DNA of 38,836 nt from a virus (taxonomy: Duplodnaviria > Caudoviricetes): IMG/VR virus record IMGVR_UViG_3300022738_000051, positions 1-38,836 of that record; one strand, given 5' to 3'. Positions 26,170-34,949 of this stretch are shown here, one piece after another. How positions within the stretch are numbered: the first letter of the stretch is position 1; each line of letters opens with the position of its first letter. Under the pieces are notes generated by a model. The model worked only from the letters and a program-made list of their open reading frames with translations, did not search any database and had not been told where the DNA came from. The position numbers and the translations under genes are program-made.

Positions 26170-26583
26170 ATGTTCAAACTGGTCAAGACGCTCACGGCCT
26201 GGTGGCCCGTCAAGGTCTATGAGCCCGATCCGGAAAACCCTGGCAAGTTCCTGCCCTTCGAGTTCGAGGTGGAGTTCGAGATTCTCGACCGCGACGAGGT
26301 GAAGAAGAACCAGCGGGATCGCGCAGCCCTCTTTGCCGAATACGAGGCGGAAAGCGGAGAACAGCGGCTCGCCGAACTTCAGGACAGGCTCGACGCGCTC
26401 CAGGAGCGCGACTTCCTGCGGGTGGTGCGCAACTGGCGCGGCGTCGTCGACGACACCGACAAGCCGATCCTCTTCAGCGAACAGATGCTGGTCGCAGCGC
26501 TGAAGCGCAATCACGTCCGCGAGGGGATCAACGTCGCCTACGCCGAGGCGATCGACACCGGAAAGGCCCGCCTGGGAAACTGA
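26170..26583 (+). CDS. tail assembly chaperone (lambda gpG-like)
   Basis: Between tube and tape measure; GAGGA RBS; ends ARLGN at a G-GGA-AAC slippery site. Confidence 0.8.
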   Translation: MFKLVKTLTAWWPVKVYEPDPENPGKFLPFEFEVEFEILDRDEVKKNQRDRAALFAEYEAESGEQRLAELQDRLDALQERDFLRVVRNWRGVVDDTDKPILFSEQMLVAALKRNHVREGINVAYAEAIDTGKARLGN

Positions 26584-26960
26584 CGAAGGCGGCCGTTGCC
26601 TGGGCGAACGCCCGCACCGGCCGCAGCGATCGCACGCAAGCCGCCGCGGTCGACGCCGACGTCCAGGCGCAGTTTCGTCAGCTCGGCGTCTGCGTACCCG
26701 TGGATCACGAGGAGACCATCGCCATCATGGAATGCAACTGGCCATCGCTTGACGCCTTCCTCGCCTGCTCGACGCAGTGGCGCACGGCCGTCGTCATCAT
26801 GGGCGGCGGCGCTGCCATAACTTCGCAGCTCATGTTCGTCGGTCTCGACTATGCGGCCTGCGATATCGTGCTGCGCGCCCGCAATGCCCCGGCCCACGTC
26901 CTCGAGGACATCATGGCCATGGAAGAGGCCGTGCTGCCGCTTCTGAACGAGGTCGACTGA
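26574..26960 (+). CDS. -1 frameshift extension of the chaperone (gpGT-like; DUF1799-like)
   Basis: The -1 frame is open from GGGAAAC to TGA 26960; CNWPSLDAFLACSTQWR...GLDYAA. Confidence 0.78.
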   Translation, partial: GKLTKAAVAWANARTGRSDRTQAAAVDADVQAQFRQLGVCVPVDHEETIAIMECNWPSLDAFLACSTQWRTAVVIMGGGAAITSQLMFVGLDYAACDIVLRARNAPAHVLEDIMAMEEAVLPLLNEVD

Positions 26961-29900
26961 TGGCCGCCCCGCTCAAGATCTCCGCCCGCGTCGAGATCGA
27001 CGCCAGCGCCGCCAAGCAGGGCGCGGCCGCTTCGGTCTCTGCCGTCGATTCGATCGGCACAGCCGCGGAACGGAACACGACGAAGCTGCAGGCGCTCATC
27101 AACGCCTCTGTCGGCCTGAAGAGCGGGGCCGCCAACCAGAACGTCCGCGAGTGGACCGGCGCGCTTGCCATGCAGGGCAGGTCCATCGACGAACTGCGCG
27201 CGAAATACAATCCGCTCTTCGCCACGATCAGCCAGTACAAGACGGCGCTTTCCGAGATCCGCACCCTGCACGCCCAGGGCGTTCTCTCGACCAACGAAAT
27301 GACCGCGGCCATCCAGCGCCAGCGGCAGGCGGCGCTGGCGTCGATCGATGCCATCAAGGGGCGTGCCTCCGTCATCCATGGAGGGATCAACGGAGAAGCC
27401 GGCTTCCGGCGGCAGAACCTCGGCTATCAGCTCTTCGACATCGGCCAGGGCGTCAGCGCTGGCATGCCCGCAGGAATGATCGCCGCGCAGCAGCTGCCCC
27501 AGATCGCCCAGATCTATGCCGGACAGGGCGGCGGCATCAAAGCTCTGCTGTCGGACGTCGGAAGCCTCGCGACCGGCGCGGTGTCTGCGATCGGCGCCAT
27601 GCCGCTCGCGCTCGCCGCCGCCGGCACTGCTGCTCTTCTCTATGATCGAAACGTGTCTTCGGCGGCGGCACAAGCGCAGAAAGCCCTCGTGAAACACGAA
27701 GAAGCGCTGGAACGGATCAAAACACTCTTCGATGAGAGCGGATCCGCATCAGAGCGCTTTGGGCAACGTGTGCAGAGCGCGATCAGCTTTACCGCCCGCT
27801 CGGACAACCGAAGCCTGGAAGATGCGCTCGCGCGGCAGACCGCGGCGGCAGGGACGGAACTGCTCAATGCCGTGCCGCGCGGTTCTGGCGCAGCCATGGC
27901 AAATCTCTATGGCCCCTATCTCAGCGCCGTCCAGCATTTCATTGCCGAGGCGCGGCAGGGGCGTGGCGACGTTGCTGCCTTCAACGAGGAAGTCATCAGG
28001 ATCGGCAATGCCAACCAGGCCGACGCCAAGGTGCAACGCATCGGCCAGAAGCTGCTCGATACCACGAAGGCAGCCACGGACACTGCGACAGCCATCAAGA
28101 AACTCAACGACGAGCTCTCGCGCACGACGATGAGCACGGCGCGCACCGACGCGGCGCTGACGATGGCGCAGTACCGGATCGCGAATGCGGATGCACTCGC
28201 AGCGATCCGCCGCGGGAGCTCGGCGGAGCTTGCCGGCATCGGCGCTCGCTCTCCTGCAGAACTTGCGGAGGCAGCTCGCGCGCGCGTACGTGCCGAACCC
28301 GTCGATCCGCGTGAGAGTGTCGAGGTCAGAACCGCGCGCGAGAACGCGGCCGCGGCGTTGGCCCAAGCCCAAGCCGAGCGGCAACTGTCCGACGCCCGGC
28401 AGGAAAGGAGCCGGTCTCTCGATCAAACGCTCTCCCAGCAGCAGCTCGAGCTCTCGCTGATCGGCAAGACGGTCGGCGAGCAGGAGCGCCTGCGCATGGC
28501 GTTCCGGCTGACCTCCGAGCTGAAGGCCGAGGCCGCCCGCAATAACATGCAGGTCGATGCGGCCGAGCTGGCGCATGTGCAGAAGCTCTCGGCCGAATAC
28601 GGCCGACTGGCCGAGCAGATGGCCGCCTCTCGGCTTCTTGCCGACCTCCAGTTCGAGCGTGAGCAGCTTTCCCGCTCGCCCAGCGACCAGCGCATTGCCA
28701 GCCAGTTGCGCGGTGCGGGCTTGCCCGTCGACCTCAAGTCCTACGAGGCCGGCATCATGCGTGCGAACGAGGCGCTGCGAAAGCAGGTCTCGGCATGGGA
28801 GGAAGTCCGCAATGCCGGCCGCAGCGCCATCGACGACATCACGGAATCGTCCCTGGACGGTTTCAAGGGTATCGAAGACACGCTGGCGAACATCGGCAAG
28901 GGCTTGGCCAAACAGCTGCTGCAGCTGGGTATCGCCAATCCGCTGAAGAACGCGATCTACGGCGATCAGCTTCCGACGATCAGCGACGTTGGCGGCGTGG
29001 GCGGCTTCTTTTCGAAGCTCTTCGGCGGCGGTATGTCGACGGCCTCCATGTCCGTCCAGGCCGCGACCGTCAGCGTCAACGGCGGCCTTGCCGGCGGCGT
29101 CGGCAGCCTCCTGGGCGCAAACGACAACTTCAAGCCCAACACGACCCTGTCGGCGCTTCTCGGCTATGGCGGCGCGGCGAACGACAATGCCTTCAGCGGC
29201 ATCCTCAAAGCCGCAGGCGTAACGAAAACCGGCATTCCACTCTCCGAAGTTACTGCGGCTCGTGGTCTTTCAGCGAAGGTCGCTTCGGAATTCGCCCCGC
29301 GGTTCCAAGGGCTTTTGAACGACCTCAAGACCGCCGGCTACAACATCACTTCGCTTGGTGAAGGCGGTTACAGCTTCAGGAACGTTGCCGGCACCAGCAA
29401 GCTGTCCCGGCATGCTTTCGGCGAAGCGATAGACATTAATCCGAGGCAGAACCCCTGGAGCCATCAGTTCCAGACGGACCTGCCGTCGAACATCAACGAG
29501 ATCGCCAGGCGTAACGGGCTCACCTGGGGCGGGACCTGGAACAAGCCCGACACGATGCACTTCCAGGTGGATCATGCGTCGAAGGCTTTGGAGAAGCTGT
29601 CTTCGACGACGGACATCGCCGCGAGCGGCCTCGGGTCGCTGGGCACCGGCCTCGACAAGTTCGGCAACGCCCTTTCGAGCGCGCAGCTCGGTGCGGGCGG
29701 CACGGGTGGCGGCGGCCTGCTCGGCGGGCTGGGCAAGCTGTTCGGCGGCATCAGCTCCACCAGTTCGCTATGGGCCCCGAACACGACGCTGGGCAGTTTC
29801 CTGACGCGCGGGTATCGGGTCGGCGGCCCGACCGGAGGCGACGATCCGGACCGCATCGCCGGCGTCGTTCACGAGAAGGAGTTCGTGTTCGACGCGGCGT

Positions 29901-30241
29901 CGACGGCGCGCATCGGCGTGGCGAACCTCGAAGGCCTGCGCCGTGGTGTCATGCGCGGTTTCCGGGCGGGCGGTTACGTCACCGTCGCCCAGGCCTATCC
30001 CAGCCCGACAGCGCGCGGGCAGGATCGTGATGGGGCCCCGGCCATGGGCGGCTTCAGCCAAACGATCATCAACAACACCGGCCAGCCGATCCACACCGAG
30101 GAGCGCGCCGACGGGCGTGGCGGCCAGCAGCAGGTCATGATTGTCGGGGACATGGTTGCCCAGGCGATGTCGCAGCCCGGCAATGCCGCCAACAGGGCGC
30201 TGGCGGCACGCGGCGCCGTCAAGCCGATGGTGCGCCGATGA
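26960..30241 (+). CDS. tail tape measure protein with embedded M15-family peptidase domain
   Basis: TGATG-coupled start; QNLGYQLFDI...QQLPQIAQIY tape-measure motif; Ala-rich helices; SRHAFGEAID...WGGTW..PDTMHFQ; AGVVHEKEFV. Confidence 0.92.
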   Translation: MAAPLKISARVEIDASAAKQGAAASVSAVDSIGTAAERNTTKLQALINASVGLKSGAANQNVREWTGALAMQGRSIDELRAKYNPLFATISQYKTALSEIRTLHAQGVLSTNEMTAAIQRQRQAALASIDAIKGRASVIHGGINGEAGFRRQNLGYQLFDIGQGVSAGMPAGMIAAQQLPQIAQIYAGQGGGIKALLSDVGSLATGAVSAIGAMPLALAAAGTAALLYDRNVSSAAAQAQKALVKHEEALERIKTLFDESGSASERFGQRVQSAISFTARSDNRSLEDALARQTAAAGTELLNAVPRGSGAAMANLYGPYLSAVQHFIAEARQGRGDVAAFNEEVIRIGNANQADAKVQRIGQKLLDTTKAATDTATAIKKLNDELSRTTMSTARTDAALTMAQYRIANADALAAIRRGSSAELAGIGARSPAELAEAARARVRAEPVDPRESVEVRTARENAAAALAQAQAERQLSDARQERSRSLDQTLSQQQLELSLIGKTVGEQERLRMAFRLTSELKAEAARNNMQVDAAELAHVQKLSAEYGRLAEQMAASRLLADLQFEREQLSRSPSDQRIASQLRGAGLPVDLKSYEAGIMRANEALRKQVSAWEEVRNAGRSAIDDITESSLDGFKGIEDTLANIGKGLAKQLLQLGIANPLKNAIYGDQLPTISDVGGVGGFFSKLFGGGMSTASMSVQAATVSVNGGLAGGVGSLLGANDNFKPNTTLSALLGYGGAANDNAFSGILKAAGVTKTGIPLSEVTAARGLSAKVASEFAPRFQGLLNDLKTAGYNITSLGEGGYSFRNVAGTSKLSRHAFGEAIDINPRQNPWSHQFQTDLPSNINEIARRNGLTWGGTWNKPDTMHFQVDHASKALEKLSSTTDIAASGLGSLGTGLDKFGNALSSAQLGAGGTGGGGLLGGLGKLFGGISSTSSLWAPNTTLGSFLTRGYRVGGPTGGDDPDRIAGVVHEKEFVFDAASTARIGVANLEGLRRGVMRGFRAGGYVTVAQAYPSPTARGQDRDGAPAMGGFSQTIINNTGQPIHTEERADGRGGQQQVMIVGDMVAQAMSQPGNAANRALAARGAVKPMVRR

Positions 30242-30660
30242 CGATTGCGACATGGCCAACCGCATTGCCGCGTCCGGAGCGCACCAGCTGGAGCCTCACC
30301 CGCCAGGACGCCCGGCTGAAGCTCGGCGCCGATGCGGGCCCGCCGCGCTACCGGCGGCGCTTTTCTGCCGTGGCGAAGCTCGTCTCGCTCTCGATCGTCG
30401 TCGATCGCAACGGCAAGGCGATCTTCAACCGCTTCTTCGCGGACACGACCGAAGAGGGGGCGCTGCTCTTCTATATGCCCGATCCGACGACGGACGGGTG
30501 GGTCCTGTACACGAGCGCAGGCGTTCCGCTCCTCAAGGGCGACGGCACGCCGCTGCTCATCGCATCCCGCTGGCTTTGCGCCTGGGGCGACCAGATGCCG
30601 ACCGAGACGATCATCGGCGTGGACTTTCGAATCTCCTTCTCGATCGCGGTGATGCCATGA
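30238..30660 (+). CDS. distal tail (Dit-like) protein
   Basis: WPTALP...DAGPPRYRRRFS; directly after the tape measure. Confidence 0.65.
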   Translation: MTIATWPTALPRPERTSWSLTRQDARLKLGADAGPPRYRRRFSAVAKLVSLSIVVDRNGKAIFNRFFADTTEEGALLFYMPDPTTDGWVLYTSAGVPLLKGDGTPLLIASRWLCAWGDQMPTETIIGVDFRISFSIAVMP

Positions 30661-31181
30661 AGCGCGTATCCCTCAACAACCGCCTGATGCAGGACGCGGC
30701 AGCCTCCTCGGAGATCGAGGTGGTGCTGATCCACATCACGCACCCGGACCTGCCGACGCCGATCCGGCTTTCCACCGACAATGCCGACGAGGTTTCGCGC
30801 GAGCCGTATCTGCGCGGCACGCGGTCGCGGTGGATGGACAGCAATCCGGACACCCAGCCGTTTCTGCACATCCTTGCCGAGGCGATCTTGCCGTCCGACC
30901 TCGACGACGCCCCGGCCGCCGGCCGGATCGTCATCGCGCTGACGGATCAGGCGCTGGTGACGGCGGTGAGGAGCGTGATCACCGTGCCGACGATCGCCAT
31001 GGCCGTCGTGCTCGCCAGCTCGCCCGACGTGATCGAATTCGAGGTGCATGACCTTGACATCGTCTCGGCCGAGATCGGCGCGACCGAGGTGCTGCTGTCG
31101 TTCTCGCGCGAGGACATCGAGAACGAACCGTGCCCGGCCGGGCGCTTCACCAAGGACAATTTTCCGGGACTGCACAAATGA
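30657..31181 (+). CDS. tail tip protein (DUF1833-like)
   Basis: LIHITHPDLPTPIRL...VVLASSPDVIE...FTKDNFPGL. Confidence 0.65.
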   Translation: MKRVSLNNRLMQDAAASSEIEVVLIHITHPDLPTPIRLSTDNADEVSREPYLRGTRSRWMDSNPDTQPFLHILAEAILPSDLDDAPAAGRIVIALTDQALVTAVRSVITVPTIAMAVVLASSPDVIEFEVHDLDIVSAEIGATEVLLSFSREDIENEPCPAGRFTKDNFPGLHK

Positions 31182-31606
31182 CGGAACACTGGTCGACCGC
31201 CTATATCGGCCTGCCCTGGGCGGACCTCGGCCGCGCCCGCGACGGCCTGGACTGCTGGGGCCTCGTGCGCCTGGTCTATGCCGAGCAGCTGCGCCTGCTG
31301 CTGCCGTCCTATATCGGTGCTTATGCTTCCGTCGAAGAGCACGCCGAGCTTGCCGCCCACATCGAGGACGTGACGCGCAGCGGCGTGTGGACCGCGATAG
31401 ACACACCGGCCGCGCAGCCGTTCGACGTGCTCGTCTTCAGGCGCGGCCGTCTGGACACCCATGTCGGCCTGGTCGTCGAACCGGGCCTCATGCTGCATGT
31501 CGCGGCCCGCGAGCAGACGAAGATCGAGACCTATACGCGCGGGCCCTGGCAACACCGGCTGAGCGGCCTTTACCGCCACCTTGCAACGTCGGCGGTGTCC
31601 GCATGA
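31178..31606 (+). CDS. NlpC/P60 tail-associated protein
   Basis: YIGLPW...GLDCWGLVRLVY...HVGLV...MLH. Confidence 0.88.
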   Translation: MTEHWSTAYIGLPWADLGRARDGLDCWGLVRLVYAEQLRLLLPSYIGAYASVEEHAELAAHIEDVTRSGVWTAIDTPAAQPFDVLVFRRGRLDTHVGLVVEPGLMLHVAAREQTKIETYTRGPWQHRLSGLYRHLATSAVSA

Positions 31607-34600
31607 CCGCGCCGGCCGCCACCATTCCCGTGCTCGCCGCGCCGCTCCTCGATCCGGGCGCGGGCCGGCGGCTCCTGACGATGCCCGCGACCGCGACCAT
31701 CGCCGATATCGTCGTCGCCGCCTTTCCGAGCCTTGCTGCCGCCGCGCTCGATCGTGTGCGCGTCGCCATGGTGACGGCCGCCGGCAGCGTCGTCGTCGAG
31801 CGGGCCCTTTGGCATCGCGTGCGCCCCCGGCCCGGTGTGCATGTCGTCCTGCGCCTCGTGCCGGGAGACGACAGCCTGCGCACGATCCTCCAGGTGGTCG
31901 TCTCCGTCGCGGCCGTGGCGCTCGGCCAGTTCTGGGGCGTCGGGCTTGCCGGCACCTTCGGCCTGTCGGCCGGCGCCTGGCAGGGCATCATTGGACTTGG
32001 CGTGACGGCAATCGGCGGGCTCCTCATCAACGCCCTCGTGCCGCCGGTCAAATCGGACAAGGAGCGGGCAAGCTACAGCATCACGGGCTGGCGCAACGAG
32101 ATGCGGCCGGACGGCGTTGTCCCGCTCGTCCTCGGCAAGGTGCGCTATGCGCCGCCCTTCGCGGCCTCCAGCTGGAGCGAGATCGCCGGGGATCAGCAAT
32201 ATGTGCGGTTCCTCGCGACGGCGGGTTATGGCCGTATCGTCTGGTCGGATTTGCGCATTGGCGAAACGCCGATCGACAAGTACGCCGAGGCGGAAGTCCA
32301 GGTGCGTGAAGGCGTGACCGGCGACGGCGCCATCGCCTACTACCCCCGGCAGGTCTACGAGGAGAACATCGGCACGGAGCTGACGCGCCCGGTGCCGCGC
32401 GACGACGCCGGCAATCCCATCGGGTCCGAAGGCGTCGACACGCCGGTGGTGCGCGTGACCGGCAGCGATGCAGCGGGGGCCTGCGCCATCTTCGCCTTCC
32501 CCGAAGGCCTCGTCTCGTTCGACAAGGAAGGCCGCAAGCACCCGATGACGGTGCTGATCCAGGTGCGTCACCGCAAGGCGGGCACGACGGATTGGGCCTA
32601 TGTCGAGACCTGCTCGATCCAGCGCAGCCAGACCGAAGGCTTCCACGTCAGCTACGAGTGGGTCTTCCCGTCGCGCGGCCGGTGGGAAGTCGAGTTCGAC
32701 CGCGTGATCTCCGAGCACACCTCCGACCGGATCATGAGCCGGTCGGTGCTGGCGGCCCTCCAGACGATCCGGCCGGAATACCCGCTCGCCTTCGCAAAGC
32801 CGCTGGCGCTGATCGGCGGGCGTATCCGGGCCACCCACCAGCTGAACGGCACCCTCGACAGCCTCAATGCGATCGTGTCGCGCGTCTGCCTGGACTACGA
32901 GCACACCACGGGAACGTGGGTCGAGCGCGAGACCTCCAATCCTGCCGCGCTGATGCGGTTCGTTCTCCAGTCCGGCGCGCTTGCCCGTCCCGTGCCGGCT
33001 TCGCGCATCGACCTTGCCGTCCTCGAGGACTGGCACGACTTCTGCCGCATCCAAGGCCTGAAGTACGACCGGGTCATCGACTTCGAGATCCGCTTCGGCG
33101 ATCTCCTCAAGGAAATCTGCGCCGCCGGCCGGGCCCGCCATCGCCATGACGGCCTCAAATGGGGCGTCGTCATCGACCGGCCGAAGCCGCTCGTCGTCGA
33201 CCACATCAACGCCCGCAACTCGCACTCCTTCAAGGCGAGCCGCATCTACCTGCGCCATCCGCATGCGTTCCGCGTCAAGTTCCAGGACGCGAGCAACGAC
33301 TATCAGCCGGGCGAGCGTATCATCCCCTGGCCGGGGCACACCGGGCCGATCACGGAAGTCGAGGAACTGGAGCTGCCGGGCAAGACCGACCCGCATGAGG
33401 TCTGGGTCGAGGCGCGCCGCCGGATGTACGAAGCCATCCATCGGCCGGACAGCTACTCCGTCGTCTACGACGGCGCCAGCCGGGTCGCAACGCGCGGCGA
33501 CAAGGTGATGGTCTCCACCGACGTCATCGACCGCCAGCAGATCGCAGGCCTCGTGCGCTGGGTCGGCGGCCGGCTCGTCGAGCTGGACGAGGCTGTCCGG
33601 ATGACGGCGGGCAAGACCTATGCGCTGCGCTGGTTCGCCAGCCGCTCAGCCGAAGACACGACCGGCGTTAGCGTCGTGCGCCAGGTCATGACGCGGCCGG
33701 GCCGGACGTCGGCCCTCACGCTGATAGGCGCGGACGTCCCGCCCGTCGGCGCGTTGGTACACTTCGGCGAGATGGCGACGATCGACATGCCGCTCATCGT
33801 GCGCGGCGTGGAGGCCGGGACAGGCACGTCGGCCGTGCTGCACCTCGTCGACGCCGCCGAGATCATCGACACGCTGACGGACGGCGAGACGCCGCCGGCC
33901 TGGAACGGCCGTGTCGGCGGGACGCTCGACCCGAACCTGACGCCGCCGGCCGTGCCGCGCATCGCGGCGGTGCGCACCGGCATCGAGGGCACCGGCACGC
34001 TCGACGGCCTGGTGGTCTTCGTTGCGCCCGGCTCCGGCGGCGCGGTCTCGACGAGCCGCTTCCAGGTGGATCATCGCCTCGGCACGTCCGGAGGCTGGAC
34101 GACGGCCACCGTGCCGGCGGCCGAGGGCGGCGTGACCATCACCGGCTACGCTCACGGCGATACGGTCCAGATCAGGGCGCGGGCGCTCTCGCCCCAGGGG
34201 ACGCCATCCGGCTACGGCGCGACCGTTACCGTCGTCGTCGGGGCGCAGGACGGCGCGCTACCGGATGCCCTTGCCGCCGAGCTGGTGGCGGTCGCGGGCG
34301 GAATGGGCTCGGCAACGGTGACCTGGACCGCGACGGGCGACGAGAAGACGAAGAGGGTGCAGGTCTATTGCTCGACATCGCTCACGCTCGATCGTGCGGC
34401 GGATGCGGTCGGCGCGCCGATCTCCACGACGCCCGGCCTCACCGCCGGCCTGATCATCGGCGACGGGTCGCGTACGAACCTCGCGTCGAACGCCAACTTC
34501 GCCTCCGGCGCCGCCGACTGGACGCTCGGCGCCGATTGGAGCGTGACCGACGGCCAGGCCGTCCATGCAGCCGGATCGACGGCGGACCTGAAGCAGACGC

Positions 34601-34938
34601 TCTCGCTGACGGCCGGCGGTTGGTACCGGCTCGGCTTTCTCGTGCGCGACCTGTCGGCGGGCTTCGTCCGGCCGGTCCTTGCCGGCGGCACGGAGGTCAC
34701 CGGCGCGAACATCGGCGCGGCCGGTGCGGTCAGGACGCGGTTGCAGGCAGCGGCCGGCAACAATGCACTCGCCTTCCGGCCGACGTCCGCCTTCGAAGGC
34801 GCGATCGACGACGTCGTCGTCTACCTCGAGACAACCTCCTGCCTCAGCCAGGGCACCCACTACGTCTGGCTGGAACCGCAAAACGAAAACGGCCTGCCCG
34901 GTCCCGCTCTGGGGCCGATCGCAGTCATTGTGACCTGA
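31603..34938 (+). CDS. central tail tip / host specificity protein (lambda I+J-like) with FN3 and carbohydrate-binding-like C-terminus
   Basis: VPLVLGKVRYAPP, LRIGETPI, TSNPAAL, ATRGDKV; 1111 aa. Confidence 0.85.
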   Translation: MTAPAATIPVLAAPLLDPGAGRRLLTMPATATIADIVVAAFPSLAAAALDRVRVAMVTAAGSVVVERALWHRVRPRPGVHVVLRLVPGDDSLRTILQVVVSVAAVALGQFWGVGLAGTFGLSAGAWQGIIGLGVTAIGGLLINALVPPVKSDKERASYSITGWRNEMRPDGVVPLVLGKVRYAPPFAASSWSEIAGDQQYVRFLATAGYGRIVWSDLRIGETPIDKYAEAEVQVREGVTGDGAIAYYPRQVYEENIGTELTRPVPRDDAGNPIGSEGVDTPVVRVTGSDAAGACAIFAFPEGLVSFDKEGRKHPMTVLIQVRHRKAGTTDWAYVETCSIQRSQTEGFHVSYEWVFPSRGRWEVEFDRVISEHTSDRIMSRSVLAALQTIRPEYPLAFAKPLALIGGRIRATHQLNGTLDSLNAIVSRVCLDYEHTTGTWVERETSNPAALMRFVLQSGALARPVPASRIDLAVLEDWHDFCRIQGLKYDRVIDFEIRFGDLLKEICAAGRARHRHDGLKWGVVIDRPKPLVVDHINARNSHSFKASRIYLRHPHAFRVKFQDASNDYQPGERIIPWPGHTGPITEVEELELPGKTDPHEVWVEARRRMYEAIHRPDSYSVVYDGASRVATRGDKVMVSTDVIDRQQIAGLVRWVGGRLVELDEAVRMTAGKTYALRWFASRSAEDTTGVSVVRQVMTRPGRTSALTLIGADVPPVGALVHFGEMATIDMPLIVRGVEAGTGTSAVLHLVDAAEIIDTLTDGETPPAWNGRVGGTLDPNLTPPAVPRIAAVRTGIEGTGTLDGLVVFVAPGSGGAVSTSRFQVDHRLGTSGGWTTATVPAAEGGVTITGYAHGDTVQIRARALSPQGTPSGYGATVTVVVGAQDGALPDALAAELVAVAGGMGSATVTWTATGDEKTKRVQVYCSTSLTLDRAADAVGAPISTTPGLTAGLIIGDGSRTNLASNANFASGAADWTLGADWSVTDGQAVHAAGSTADLKQTLSLTAGGWYRLGFLVRDLSAGFVRPVLAGGTEVTGANIGAAGAVRTRLQAAAGNNALAFRPTSAFEGAIDDVVVYLETTSCLSQGTHYVWLEPQNENGLPGPALGPIAVIVT

Positions 34939-34949
34939 GGACAAGAAAG

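Noticed and set aside
26700-26960. Pseudogene or sequencing frameshift at the chaperone
   Set aside because: The slippery heptamer at the conserved position indicates a programmed frameshift.
26777-34949. Upstream starts given in the ORF track (26777, 30141, 31048, 31130, 34368; likewise 12415, 13232, 22429)
   Set aside because: The extensions overlap the preceding genes; downstream coupled starts or starts with an RBS fit better.
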